Counted from the stretch's first letter, positions 13,501 to 26,813 are shown. The stretch: 64,000 bases of DNA from Perkinsus chesapeaki ATCC PRA-425 (GCA_013115145.1 JAAPAO010000085.1:22908-86907), one strand, 5' to 3'. The notes: a model not told the origin generated them from the sequence alone. Numbers and translations: made by a program.

Positions 13501-16500
13501 TTAGCATCCTCAAACTACCGCCTGACATGTTGTCTATCAGAATCGTCGTGGTGGATCTGCCATTACCATCAACGCTCCTGGCGTGGACTTTGACGGCTCC
13601 TGGGGTAGCTGCTATTTTTCCAACTATAATCCCTCGAATTGTCCACTAGGTGCACCAGCAGGCTTTATTGGTGGCCGACAGGGCCGTAGAAGACCGGACC
13701 TCGGCGGTGACTGGGCATCGACCTCTAGTGTGAGGACAGCTGCTCAATCACCCAATGGTGGTATGAATACCCTTGCTCGTCGTGGTGCGGGACTCTCTCC
13801 TGCGGCACTAGACTCTCTTAATCTAGGCCTCCAATCCCCTTTACGTAAGCAGTTCTCATGTACAATAGATGAGGATCCTTCTTTATTAGGTATCGTCAGT
13901 GGTAGAGGTTTCCCATCGTCTGGTACCGGTGGTGGACAGGCTATTGATAGGACTTGGTTACAGAGTCCCCTACAGACTGAGGACATCGCTCATATGTATT
14001 TTAAACCACATGCTGCTCCACCCTTTACATTACCTCTTCAGGTACAGCAATGGTAGCTGCTCATCCCTGGTGCCTGCTGGAGCTCGCTCAACCAGTGGTC
14101 AAGGGCTAGCTGATGGAGCACAGAACCTACTGAGGTTGCTCTTTATGAGGTCAGGCTTGTCATTACTATCATTTAACATAACTCCATTATAGATACCAAC
14201 CGTTACGTCCTTTGGTGGATAAGACTATCTTCAATGTGTGTCTAGAGCCTAAGCTAGAGGATGCTGTCCTGCAAGCGTTGGTACAGGCATTACTGTCTTT
14301 AGCATGTGATGATAGGCTTATTGTACTTATCACATCTACTCCATTGTTATAGGTTCGAGTAATCGTCGACATGGTCACAGCGTCCATGGATGGTCATTTG
14401 TTGTTGAGGGTGGTGATGGATCTATCGGAAAGTCTACAACTGGAGCATCATCTAATGATGATGAGAATGAGACCTTCCCTCCATGGTATCTCTATGAGCC
14501 TCCAATGCCATCACCACCCACTGCGAGATCAGCTGGTACCACCAGTCCTGATCCAAATGTAACCTGCTCGATTGTTGTAATAACTTTACCATCTTAGCTT
14601 ACCTTAGGCACCAGCTGCATCATCAGCTGTAACAGCCTCCCCAACGGTTAGAGCATTGGCTAGATCAGTTGGCTGTGGCAGAGTCTTGAATGCTATAAGC
14701 TTTTTGGTCTCTACTATACCCAGAACACGGCAATGGTTTGCCTCGCCGAGCATGTAGCCCAATCATTTAACGCCAGCCATAACCTTCATCCAGGACAAAC
14801 AACGCTCTACTGCAGAGGACATCCTCAACGACCATTTCAAAGACAGTCAGCAGTCCCTCTCCTAAGCGTGCTTCAACATCTGGTGTTAAACGGCGTAGAA
14901 GTAAGAAGCTGATAACGAGGTGTGCTTTCTATACTTCATCACCCCCTTTTAGGTTCTATAACTACAATGGAGCCTTCTGATGCCACTGAGGTTCGTAGAT
15001 CACGTCGACTTCTTTCTCGTACAGAGTCAGCAACTGACCCTTCTGAGGGAAGCGGCTCAGCAAGGAAACTCCAGCGAACCAAGTCCGTTGGAGGAAAGGA
15101 AGCCGGTAAATCGACAATGGTGACTTCTGGTGAGGCTGAGATGGGCTCTGCTCCCTCGGCAAACCATTCACAGCAGAAAGCCAACAGATCATCTCAACCG
15201 ATTCTAGTGGCTCCAGTGAATGTTGTGGTAGGAAGACTGAAAGAGATGGATGATGGTACCTGTATTGTTTAATTCAGGTTCAGCTTTTGGGATCACCATT
15301 ATTACGGTCATCACCAGCCCACACATTATTCCTTGTCACTGTGCTTGTATCGATGCTAACACTACCAACTCATACAGGGAAGGCTAATACGCATCATGCG
15401 GCCAACCATAATGCCACCGCGGCTCTTCCTGCTCCTCCTCCACCACCACCGCCTCCAGCTAGTACAGCTGCGCAGCATCCAACACCTACTTCTACAGCGA
15501 CTGCTTCTGCTGCTGCAGCAGCTGAGGTGCCCAAGCCAGCAACAGCTGCTAGTAGTCCCAAGAAGGCTGCTAAGACAACTAATGATATAATACGCATGTA
15601 GCCAGTCTTCAACTAGAGCTCCTCCTACCTTTATTCCTCCTAGGCACGTCCGTCATCTACAGAGAGCTGTGTCGGGCAGCTCTGTGAGCGCCTTGTGTGC
15701 ATTCTTGGCAAATGATAACCCCATTAGTGGATGCCAGGTCAACAGTACAGAGCTTGATAAGGCATTAGCCAAGACGAGTAGGCCGCTGCCGCCGCCTCAT
15801 TGTAGCCACTCCACCATCGTTCGTCTTTGTTAGGCTCACTCATTCAAGCATTGGCTAGCACTGGTGACCGTCATAAGATGGTTATACGAAAACAGCTGCT
15901 TATTCACGTCCGACAGCTATCCAGCAAAGTATCCAGTATGTTAATGGACTTGGCAGAAGGCCGAACATCACCAGAGGAGCACACTGAACAACAGCCATCA
16001 ACGGCAATCAATGACACTTCTAGTGGAATATTGCTGATGACGTCCAAGAGGCTTCTCCGTGTTGTACAATGCTGGAGCGATGCGTACGGCTTCAAGCCTC
16101 ATGTGTTATTGGACTTCGCCACCTTTCAGTCTCCTTCCGAAGGGCAGCACTCTCACCCCTGAGGCAGAGGAGGCAGCTGAGAAGGAATTTGATGAGTTCT
16201 TAGTTGAAGCTCATGTTGAGGACCTCTGGCCAGGATTGGACAAGGCTCTGACCAAGTAGCCCCCTCCACTTTATGGTCTGTAGCAGCTTTATTATTAGTA
16301 GATACGACAATGACCCGAAGGTGCTCGAGTCTCAGCTTGCATCGGTGTCAAGAGCTCAAGCAGCATTACAGGCAAGGAGGGAGAATGAAGAGAGGCATCG
16401 TCAACAGCAACAACAATATGCAAGAACAAGCAGTACACGGAATCCAATATCACCACACCACGATTCGTTGGATAGAGTAGAAAGGCCAGAGAGGGCCCAA

Positions 16501-18699
16501 CCATCTCAGCAGCAGCAAGAGCAAGGCAGCGGCGGTAGGCTGTACCCTTCACTACCATTTAGTATTATCATTCAGGTGCTGCTCCCGGCCAAAGGCCCAC
16601 CAACAGGCATTTGCCTTCGGGTTTGACATCCCTACTACCGGTCATTGAGCTCTACCTCATAGCGATGTTACCGACTAAGTCTGATAGACTCAAGGTTGCA
16701 TCAGCACGTCGGGGAATGGTAAAAGTTCTAGAGGCGTCAATATCGGAATATTCATCTTTTTCAGGCGAACAATAACGGTGCTACTTCTCCAAGGGCAGGG
16801 GGCCTTCCAAAGACACCTTCAGCGTCTAGTAAGGCCGAGCCCTCTACTGCAGCTCGACCAGAAGATCACGACCCGAGGCACCAGGAGCTCTCACGTCAAG
16901 GTGAGTGCTCACTGATGTCACGTGTCTGGTCATCTGCGTGTTATTAGCACGTGCTGTGGCAAGCTTTTGTGAGTCCCATAGAAGGCCTTTGAATGCTCTC
17001 ATCAAGAACCAGCCATCACACCTTCTACGAGCCCTTAACCCAATAGTGTATGCTGCTCCTCAAGTAAGGTAAACAATTAAGCCCGATGGAATAGTCTTTA
17101 TGTAGGCGCTCGACTTTGATAATAAGCGTCAGTTCTTCCGATCAAAGCTGAAAGAACAATCACGAAGAGCTGGTCACATGTGAGCATTGATCCAAGCAGC
17201 TCTTAACCATATTCCTCCTGGCAGGTCTGGCCCACCGATACGTCTCCATGTCCGACGACACGAGGTGTTTGTTGATAGCTATCATCAGCTGCAGCATAGA
17301 AAGAAGAGTGAGATGATGAATAAGATCATCGTAGGCGTATCCTCAAAAAGCCTGACTCATCTTCATTGCTTTTGGATAGGTTCAATTCGTTGGAGAGGAG
17401 GGTGTCGATGCTGGTGGGTTAGTTCGAGAATGGTTTGGTATACTAGCAAGGGAGATCTTCAATCCCAACTATGCACTCTTCTTACCAGCTAATGGAAGGC
17501 CTAGTACATTCCTTATCAATCCAGCTTCGTACGGATACAACAGTGTGTCGGGCCATTCCCAGAGTCTTTCAGGAGTGTTAACCCCGACCATCTGTCATTC
17601 TTCCGATTCTGCGGCCGTATTATTGGAAAGGCTATCTACGAGAATCAGCGCCTGGATTGCTACTTCGTTCGAAGTATAGAGCATGTCATTGATGTTATCC
17701 TTATACCTTCGTTCAGGCTTCTATAAGCATATGCTGGGACGACCTGTTACTTGGCATGATATGGAGGCGATGGATCCGGACTACTATAGGAACCTCAAAT
17801 GGATTCTCGAGGTAACCTCAGAAGTTAGTGCTAGATAATGATTGAGTATTCTCAGTGCCAAGATGATGAGATGTTGAAGGCATTAGATCTGACCTTCACT
17901 ATTGAGGAGAGTGACTTTGGCAAGACTAATGTTGTCGAGCTGGTAAGCCAACATTATATGAGACTACATCGTGTTAATGAACCTCTTAGATACCAAACGG
18001 CAGCAACACGCCTGTTACGCAACAGAACAAGCATGAGTATGTCCAGAAGGTTTGTGAGCATAAGATGACTTCGGGTATTCAAGATCAGCTCAATGCCTTC
18101 CTTGAGGGCTTCCATGAGCTGGTAAGCATCATCATCATAATCACCGTTATGATGTGTATTATTATTCAGATACCAGCTGATCTTGTTGGTACATTGTTTG
18201 ATGATAAGGAATTAGAGCTGCTTATTGCTGGTCTTCCTACTATAGATGTGGAAGATCTCAAACGCAATACTGAATACGTAAACTATAGCAGCCAAGACCC
18301 TCAAATCAAATGGTTCTGGAGTGAGTTGCTCGTGTTTGCCGCTGCACTGTTATCGCTCGTCTCAGAATGCCTCGAGGAGGATTTCACTGAAGATGAAATG
18401 GCTTGGTTCTTGCAGTTTGTAACGGGCTCAACTCAGGTAAGACCTACGCTTAGACTTGTTCAAATCTCTGTGAATGATTACCACCACAGGTGCCTCTAGA
18501 AGGGTTCCAAGCTCTTACTGGCATGCGAGGGCCTCAAAAGTTTAGCATCCATAAGGCGCCTGGCGATAAGACACGGCTGCCGAGTGCACACACTTGCTTT
18601 AACCAGCTTGATTTACCTGACTATGATACTGAAGAAGTTCTGAAGACGAAGCTTAAACAAGCTGTCTGTGAGGCACATGAAGGATTTGGATTTGTATAA
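1575..18699 (+). CDS. HUWE1: Large multi-exon HECT E3 ubiquitin ligase of the HUWE1/Tom1/UPL1 type
   Basis: N-terminal helical region with a W.P.F..WHW motif, long D/E-rich tract (~10.0-11.3 kb), ubiquitin-binding-motif-like repeats ([19 protein letters not shown]; [15 protein letters not shown]) and a spliced C-terminal HECT domain ([15 protein letters not shown]; [16 protein letters not shown]...EAHEGFGFV stop). Internal exon boundaries were only partly traced. Confidence 0.92.
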
Positions 18700-19579
18700 T
18701 CCTTGAATATGTTCTTAACGTCAATGCAATATGATATGTGGCATCAGCGCCACCAATATCTACCACCACTTCCATTAATATCATCATCGTAATAGTTTCC
18801 CTATTTTTCGTCTCAAGTCGCAAGTGTTTCGTTACACTGTCAATCATCGTTACCGACCCGATGATAACGATTTGCCGATTCTGTTAGATATCTGCGTATT
18901 TGTCGTTGTTGGGAATTGCTCGCTGACTTTATTTGCCAAACACCTGGTAGTCAACGAGGAATAACTCAAGTAGCTACTCTTTACGGTGAAGGGCAAGCCG
19001 GACAAAGAACCTTGGCTAGCCGGCGATGCCTCTATCTATCCTTTGCAACCAAAATTCAGTCTTTTCATTCTCGTGAAGGAGATACTTTAGTAATAATAGA
19101 GGCATTAGTTGATAGTTCATCGCATATAGTTCTCTAATGCTTCTCCCATCCCACGTCGAGGCCCTCGGTTGTATGATGGTTGAGAGGCTCTGGAAGGATT
19201 CGATGTCAATCGGTCCACTACCAGAGTTAATGAGTGATATTATGGCCTTTACTCCTAAACCTACGCTAACCTTGGATTGCCCTATGGAAAATTGTTCCTA
19301 GAAACCGACTACTACAGTATATCCATATATATATATACTATTGTCGTAGGAAACCTTGTATGATGTTCCACGTTCTATGTGGCGTATATATGATGAGGTA
19401 ATCATTTGTTCGTTGGTATCCAACGGACGCGAGCTGAGGTTCAAGGCTCATTTAAAGTTATCTACATGAATACTGAGTTTGATGAGAACCCGAGAGTAAT
19501 CTGGTCTACCTATGATGCAGCTGCTGTACTAGCTTATCTCTCTGTGGTATCCGTTAATCCTGTGGTGACGATATTGTGT

Positions 19580-19934
19580 GTGAAGCACGACGAAGCTTGT
19601 GGTATCATACGGTCTGATGGGAAAGAGGCGCTCGTCGAGCGCATGCGTCAACCTTATGTCACGGTGTACATGCGTACGATAATCGGGGGGAGCTGCTGAA
19701 GGCGGTTGAGACTTTTACTGGAGGTCTAAGAGTTTCAGGCTCGTTACTGCAGGGAGTCTGAGTGTCTCATTGATTTCGTCCCGCCCTCCACTCCCTCACA
19801 ATTGTTTGAAAGAGAGGTCAAGATGGTTGTCGCTCGTCTCCGCTGGGACTCACTCTGTCAAGATGGTTGTCGCTCGTCTCCGTTGCTCACCGCCCAACGT
19901 AGTTTGAGACGGACATGGGCTGAACCATCAAGGA
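19580..19934. mobile_element. ~355-bp insertion of unknown type in family copy 1
   Basis: Flanked by GTGT on both sides (19576-19579, 19935-19938); removing it restores GAT ATT GTG TAT (DIVY), as in the paralogue. No terminal inverted repeat seen. Confidence 0.5.
19817..19882 (+). repeat. 26-bp direct repeat, 2 copies, 40-bp period
   Basis: gtcaagatggttgtcgctcgtctccg at 19817-19842 and 19857-19882. Confidence 0.9.
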
Positions 19935-20805
19935 GTGTATCCTCTACCAACTTGGTAGTACCAAGACCTCCACCCCGCATACGGCCAGATTAGTTCTAGA
20001 TAGGTCTTCTCCTATAGTGGAGTTTACGTCCAAACCGTCATCAACTGGAGTGCGTCCCAGTATCCGCGAAACTAGAGCTGGTTAAGCTATCGACGACAGT
20101 CGTTTGAAGGGGATGTCTCAGGTGCTCAATCTACCTGGAAAACACCTGTTGGGAGGTACTACAGGTAAGTCCGGTGGAATGTTCTCGTTAAGCGTAAGAT
20201 AGATGTTACAAGTAGTCAGAGGCTTGTTCGTGACCTTCCATATCTGAACTGAGATCAATCTCTATGCACCATTACAACCAAACATAATTTGCATTAACCA
20301 GTAGCATTGTGTTGGAGTATATCGTCACTCATTCTCCAGCGTATTAGACGCTGAATTGAGCTCTCGTTGTTCAATATGGTTACGCTTGTGCCACTGTTAT
20401 CGAGGACATTCTATTTGCGAGGTATTCACTCCCTGTACTGTGGGGGATTCCTCGATATCAAGCCATACGATATGTTGTAGCTCTTCAGGAATTATTCATC
20501 GATCTTACCGTTGCTCTTGGTGGATGGCGCCTTTGCGTCACATCGACTTGGGCGCGCGCGGGTAGGGCCCCGTATGCGCGCCCCAAAAAACCACGGAGTA
20601 ACCTCACTGCAAAAATGTAGGACTGCGGAGCCGATTTCGCGATCTACCCAACACGTAATTGCAATACTATCTTGACACAGCTTTGTGTATACCATTTGCA
20701 CACTACTGCAAGCCATCACATATCCTATCTTGTTTTGTTAACTCAATTATTCGTATCCTCTGCACGTAATCATTTCAGTTATTTGTTGTTGTTGTTGACA
20801 AAAAA

Positions 20806-22911
20806 TGCCAGTCCTGGGCAAAGACAGCACCGTTATGCAGGAGGTTTTAGAGCTGAAGACTATCAGCTATCACGATTTGCCTGATGACATGTCGGAAACC
20901 AGTGCAGCGACCATGGACGCCAAATTAATCGTCAGGTTGCTGAACTGTAAGGCGCCCGAAAAAGCGGTCAGGTAAGAATCACTTGTAGAAACTACTGCCA
21001 CGCATTCGTCTGTTAGGTTCAATAAGTTCGGTGGTGCGCAAGGTACCAATCCGAACAAGAAGGTTATGGTGGAGCAGTGTTACCATCGTTGGGTGCTCTG
21101 CTACGATATTCTGACCGGCGAACCTGTAATAACGTATAGTGTTGGGTAGTAGTAATTTGATATCTTCAGGTGGTCGTTATCACCCACGATGCGAAGGAGA
21201 GCCACCAGCTCTTGACATTCGTCGGTGACCTCTACCCAGGGGCGACAGCAGCTTTGGTCGAACCAGAGACAGTTGGTGTCTTGGATAACGGCCTAAAGTT
21301 GCTGTCGTCCCCTGATAGGTTGGTACCTATCAAGGTTGAAGAGGTCACGACGGAGATTCCAAGTGGGATAGAACATTTTACTCGATATCGAGTATATAAT
21401 CTCCACTTGGAGAGTCTTGAGCTGGTGAGGGCCACAATCCTCAACGATATCTGTCCTGGTATACTTTGTGACGCCCAAAGTGCACCAGGAGGAAAACGTT
21501 GTGGATGTGTGTCAAACAGTGGGAAGAGTGATCGATGGGCAATCCAGCTTGGCTTTACTACACCAAGTCTGAACCATCCCATTGCGATTGTCTCCCACCG
21601 TCTGACTGCCCTTTTCGTGGATGAAAAAGCATCTGAGGTAAAATGACTTCGTTCTTCCGATTATTTCATCATTTTCTTGTAGGGTATTTGTCGTTGGAGT
21701 GCACGGCAGCTACGGCCGACAATTAAGCAAGTATTAACCTATATTTGCAATCATGGCGGATTCGTAGCAACGGCTTGGGTGGAACCCGGGAGGCAGGCTG
21801 CAGTTGGTGATGAGGTTGATGCCATCACAGAGTCTAAACTTCACGTTTGCTCTCTGCGGCCTTCCAATCCCGAGGTTATTAACGTCACCAAGGATATGAG
21901 GTAAGATATTCCACATTTTGTAATAGTATCTTCTTATTCACAGGATGAAGCTGGTTGTCCAAGATCCTAACAACCTCAACATCCAAGCCGCCCAAATCCA
22001 AGGACCACAACGACAAGGAACACAACCGGTAGGCTTTGGTATAACATGAGTTTTTCGTCACGCCCCATAATGCTTCCGACACTACTGCGTATGTTTTTAG
22101 GTTAATGTACCGCCTTTACCACCACAACAGCAAAAACCAGTTCCACCACCGCCACAACTGGTTTTACCACAACAACAACCACAACCGGTACAACAACAAC
22201 CACAACCCGTACAACAACAACAACAAAAACAACCACCACAACCACAACAACCAGTTCTGCCACCACAGCAACCAAATCCACCACCACAACAACCAGTTCT
22301 GCTACCACAACCGCTACAACAACCACTGCCTCAACAACAACAACAACAACAACAAGCACTACCCCAACAGCAGCCACAACTTCAACATGATCAGCTACTA
22401 CAATTATTACAACAACAAATGCTGCAAATTCAACAATTACAACAACAACTGGTACAGCAGCAACAACAAATGGCAGAGCAGCAACAACAACTGGCAGGGC
22501 AGCAACAACCTCAACCACCACAGCAACCACAACCACCACAAGAACAACAGGAGGAGCAGCGGCAACCACAACTACCGCATCATCAACAAGAGCAGCAACC
22601 TCAAGGGGAGAAGGTGGAAAAACAGCAAGAGATTCAAGAACCACAACAGAAGCAACAGCAGCAACACAGACAGAATGTTAGTAGGCAAGGAGGCGATCAA
22701 GGTGGACTTGTGGGCTCTGTAATGCGAACGATAATACGAGTTGGTGCTTATATTATTTCAGATATTCTGCCATCAAGAACCACCAGCGGTGCGTCGCCTC
22801 GCTGCTGAGGCCGCTGCTGCTCGTGCTGCTGCTGCCGATTCAGGACCAGCGAATGAAAATGCTGACCCTGCAGCTGCTGCGGAAGTAGAAAACGAGAGTG
22901 ACGACGAATGA
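20806..22911 (+). CDS. Multi-exon hypothetical protein with a Cys-motif N-terminal domain and a long Gln/Pro-rich C-terminal half
   Basis: Exons joined by GT-AG introns give ..ICPGILCDAQSAPGGKRCGCVS..YICNHGGFVATAWVEPG.., then a CAA/CCA-rich exon read as P/Q and a final ..AEVENESDDE stop. The first exon boundary is uncertain. Confidence 0.65.
22108..22675 (+). repeat. CAA/CCA low-complexity tract encoding Gln/Pro
   Basis: Dense acaaca/ccacaa iterations; several frames stay open on both strands. Confidence 0.85.
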
Positions 22912-23301
22912 AAGACACTTATCAAGTCTTTCATAATTATAAGGCTTTAACCTATTCTCAACGTAAGTGAATTATTCCTAATAAATAGTAAAACCTTTTT
23001 CGCAGATACCTAAATAGTAATCATCCCTTTACGCCGTAATGACGGAGATTTAGCTTTTAGATTCAAGTGATATGACTATTCCATGTGATCAACTACTCCG
23101 CATGAAGTCCCTGTTGGGCGCGTCGTGTTTTTACTTCATTAGCGTTGTGTTTAGTAGCACTAAATTAGTTTATTAGTACAGTATTGTTTTTCCCTCAGTA
23201 GCGCTCATCTTTATTCGCCCTATGACATCCTTCCCCTTCAACTTTGCCGCATACCAAGGTTCAGATCTGAACTTCAAATCGAGGTATTTCAAACAATCCA
23301 G

Positions 23302-23832
23302 ATGAGTCTGAGGCTGGAGGTCTTCTATATTAATTTAAATGATCCAAACCTTGACCTTGTCTCGATCTGGTCCTCTGAAGCCTCTGACGTTGGGGAGATC
23401 GTACCCGGTCGCTTCACCGTTATCTCTCATGAACCGCTCGATGCGAGGCTACATTATGATCATTCCACGAGAGGATATATTATGACTTCATTTACTAAGT
23501 CTCAGTATTTGCCTGGTTTCACTTCGCATACTATAACAGTAAGTACACACTCGAGCGATTGGATCCACTTTCCAATAGCTGGCTCGACGTTCTGCCGCTA
23601 TGGGGACTTTGGAAACTTCGTTCTGTGGGATTATAAAACTGCAAGTACACCACCAGTGATTTACGACTGTCAAGCAGACGCTCAGCAAGACAGGTCACTC
23701 TTTGCTTGCCCGGCAGCGTTCGACGGCACTGGGAAGATTTATTACGTTATCTCGCATAAAATTGAGGGAGTTTCTGACATGTACAAGTCGATACGGTTAG
23801 TTCGGGCATTTATTCATCTGCCCTTGAAGTAG
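23302..23832 (+). pseudogene. 5'-truncated family copy 2, most similar to the 30862 copy
   Basis: GSTFCRYGD..F.LWD.K and CPAA.DG.GKIYYV...RL.RA match 30862-31899; no N-terminal cassette found upstream. Confidence 0.7.
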
Positions 23833-24757
23833 ATACATAGCAGTTAGTTTAATAAGTGAGTCTTAGTTTCTCTCATGTTATTGTCTTGGTTTTTGTGTTA
23901 AGTGTGGATCCACAAAATACTCTACAAAATACACTGTTTTAAATAGAGTGTAACCTCTGCCACTCCTAGTTCAAATCTGCATCGGCACTGAAGTTCTGAA
24001 AAGAGGGTTCACGAATCCAGCAAGGCCCGTGGGTTATCGAGCTCATCTGAGCATTCCTGTTTGTGATACTCACATCCCATAGTGGGTCGAATTTCCTGAA
24101 GATATTCAAAGTAAGGGTTTTTTATGTGTTTTCCGCTAACTCTCCTCAACTTCATCTGATCGTCACCACATTTAGCGCGGCGTTACGAAGGTATCGATCG
24201 CTAACCCTCATCAACAACGCAATTTCCAGTATGCAACTACATGAGGGCAAACGTACACGGCTTATATACAGTGCAGCAAGCCCCACTGGTGCAGGTAGCT
24301 GAGATGTCACGAATTCTGACCTCTACCCCAGAGCGCCATCAAGTCCGCTGTTCGGTCACGCACGTGTGTGCTCATTTCGTTGCGTCACGGGGGCGGCAAA
24401 ACACTACGAGGGCTCGTATCGCACCGGCTCCACCGTATCATTAGGCCTTAACAAGTGACCGGCAAATTCGCTCGCCTTTTTTTACTTTGAGGGGATGCCA
24501 CCTCATGACCTGCCCCTTTCCATACCGCTGAAGGGTTTCCAGACGGGGTTCCGGCAGGATTGTATAGATACATCTGAGTTAAACCTTTCAGTGACCGTTT
24601 CCGTAACAGAGCATCGTCGGCAGGAAGTTTCGATGAGTTAGCGTGATAGTATCTCCCTTTTAGAGACTCGAGGCTACATCCTACACTAATCATCATGGCA
24701 TAATGTAGATGCGCAATATTACCTTATCCATTGTCATAGTTACCAGTCTCGATTCTA

Positions 24758-25744
24758 ATGCTTCTACCATCCCATGTCGAGGCCCTCCGTTGTATGATGG
24801 TTGAGAGGCTCTGGAAGGATTCGATGTCAATCGGTCCACTACCAGAGTTAATGGTTGATATTATGGCCTTTACTCCTAAACCTACACTAACCTTGGATTG
24901 CCCTATGGAAGAGATAGTTCTTAATATTGACAGGAAGCCTGACTTCATCTTCAACACGGGTAACGTCATATATGGCGTCTTTAAGAATGAAAAGTCCATA
25001 CTTCTCCAAAGTATATCCCCTCCTGGTGAGGAGGCAACTCTAGCAGAGACACTAAACTGGAGAGGCACCTTCTACTATGATCCAGGCACGTCTCGTCTCT
25101 TCGTTCTACACGACAGAGGCGGCCCCTCACTCCTTGATTATGATGTTACTTCTGGCATGGCTCACAAAACCACAAGGTTGTCTGCTGTCCCATCTACCCC
25201 TCATTGGCCAGATGAACTGCTCGTTATTGGCGGGCACGTTTTCTTAGTAAGAAAGTGGAGTAAGGCGCAGTCCGGAACCTTTCATGTGGAAGTACTACAT
25301 GTCGATCCGAGTGGGCATGTGCATGTCGCATGGCGAGCTCCACGACAAGCACAACTGACCAGCCTTCACTCGGTGGCCGAGGCTCCTTTGACAGTTAATA
25401 TCATGTATAGAACGGGTGACACCTATCACTCTATTAGAATTGTTATGATAAGAGATGCATCCCCTACGGTATTCGAGTCGAGGCATCAAAACAATATCTC
25501 TGCAGACCTTCTGCTACCCGGGCCAAACATTCATGTAATCACCTCTGGAACAAGCCGTTTCCTCGTCGATGATATGTTGAATAGATTATCGAAGGACTTT
25601 ACCCTGCTAGAGGGTTTAACCTATATTGATTCGTTCCGTAGTAATGGTGTTTTCTATTTCCTTGTACTACGCGAAGAGTACGGGTATGAACATTCCCCTA
25701 CTACTGTTTATAGGTTACTCTGTCTTTACCCTTCCTTCCGCTAA
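24758..25744 (+). CDS. Constant-cassette family copy 3; intact, intronless, 328 aa, predicted beta-rich body
   Basis: Single ORF with the conserved 52-aa N-terminus, internal LF.LHD...LLDYD motif and C-terminal YRLL motif. Confidence 0.85.
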   Translation: MLLPSHVEALRCMMVERLWKDSMSIGPLPELMVDIMAFTPKPTLTLDCPMEEIVLNIDRKPDFIFNTGNVIYGVFKNEKSILLQSISPPGEEATLAETLNWRGTFYYDPGTSRLFVLHDRGGPSLLDYDVTSGMAHKTTRLSAVPSTPHWPDELLVIGGHVFLVRKWSKAQSGTFHVEVLHVDPSGHVHVAWRAPRQAQLTSLHSVAEAPLTVNIMYRTGDTYHSIRIVMIRDASPTVFESRHQNNISADLLLPGPNIHVITSGTSRFLVDDMLNRLSKDFTLLEGLTYIDSFRSNGVFYFLVLREEYGYEHSPTTVYRLLCLYPSFR

Positions 25745-26813
25745 TCGCATATTTGGAATGATATATTTCATAGGACGCCAACCTACCCATAACAACCTAT
25801 CTAGCCAATTCTAGTTGGACGGATTTTTCTTATTGCTTTTCCGTATTATTGACCCCATTGCCAGAGCGAAGTGAACATGCATTCCTTGACGGAACTGGAT
25901 TGTCGCTTTTTTGCTTTTGGAAACACACTTCCATTTCACTTGCGCTCAATACTGCAACTGAGGATCAATCTATTAGCTGCGCACATACAAAAGCTGCTTG
26001 ACCATATATCTAAGATTTAATATCTTGATGATTTTTCATCTTTTTTTATCGATGAAGACCTTGTTGGGTTAGTCATGACACTTTGAAGTATACACCTTCG
26101 GTTAGGATATTGTAGGACACAGCCCCTAGCTCATCCCCAACTCGAGGAGCCGAAATGATGCCCATCGTGTAAGAGCAAATCTGGGAAGCTTGAAAGGATA
26201 TCTATATACGAGTCAGACTCCTTGGAGACTTGCAGGCGCCATGGTCCGAATAGTTTCTCAGAGCTTCATTTCGGGGAAAATGCAGCGCAGTATTCAATGT
26301 GAGCTTATAATGTTGGTCAACTACGGGGTGTATTCGAGAGCCCCTGGTAGAGGTCGAGTGCGTTGCCAAACCATAACGCTAGAACATCACAATCCTAACA
26401 ATAAGCCAAGCATGTATGAAGACATCCACTCTACGACGTTGCGAAGTAGATAACTTCAACTGCTAGCTGAAGGCAAAGGTGGTTCAATATTGTGAAAATT
26501 CGGTTAATCCGATTCACATGCGCCTTCGCAAGCCGCAAACGCTCTTTCACCGCCTAATATAGAGGGGATTTTAATGACTCGTCCCTGGCTTTACCGTGAC
26601 GTTGGTCAATCAATTAGTGTACTGATGTATCGAGTCGGCATGACAACACCGCGATGCACGTTTACTAGACTTGGACTTGTAGACTCCTCCGCGTTACGGA
26701 TCGCTCTACCTAGTCGTTTACCAGGCATGCTATTGCTGCGCTATAGTTTATGATACCGTATCATTGGTACGTTCTTTGTCTGCGAGCGACTTTCAGTGTA
26801 TCTTCATTATCTA

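Larger units (their letters stand above)
19137..20252 (+). pseudogene. Constant-cassette family copy 1; deleted, frameshifted and interrupted by an insertion
   Basis: MLLPSHVEALGCMMVERLWKDSMSIGPLPELMSDIMAFTPKPTLTLDCPME then an early stop. Later fragments (VIWSTYD; LVLDRSSPIVEF...TRAG stop...VLNLPG; QRLVRDLPYLN) align to the 27013-27879 paralogue. Confidence 0.85.

Noticed and set aside
19295-19350. Imperfect palindrome around a (TA)n run in family copy 1
   Set aside because: The symmetry comes mostly from the TA repeat and the arms have gaps; not convincing as an element end.
19817-19882. 26-bp direct repeats as a mini-CRISPR array
   Set aside because: Two copies only, a 14-nt spacer, eukaryotic context and no cas genes.
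22102-22722. Asn/His-rich plus-strand ORF and Val-rich minus-strand ORF
   Set aside because: Shadow frames of the CAA-rich tract; splice phase supports the Gln/Pro frame.
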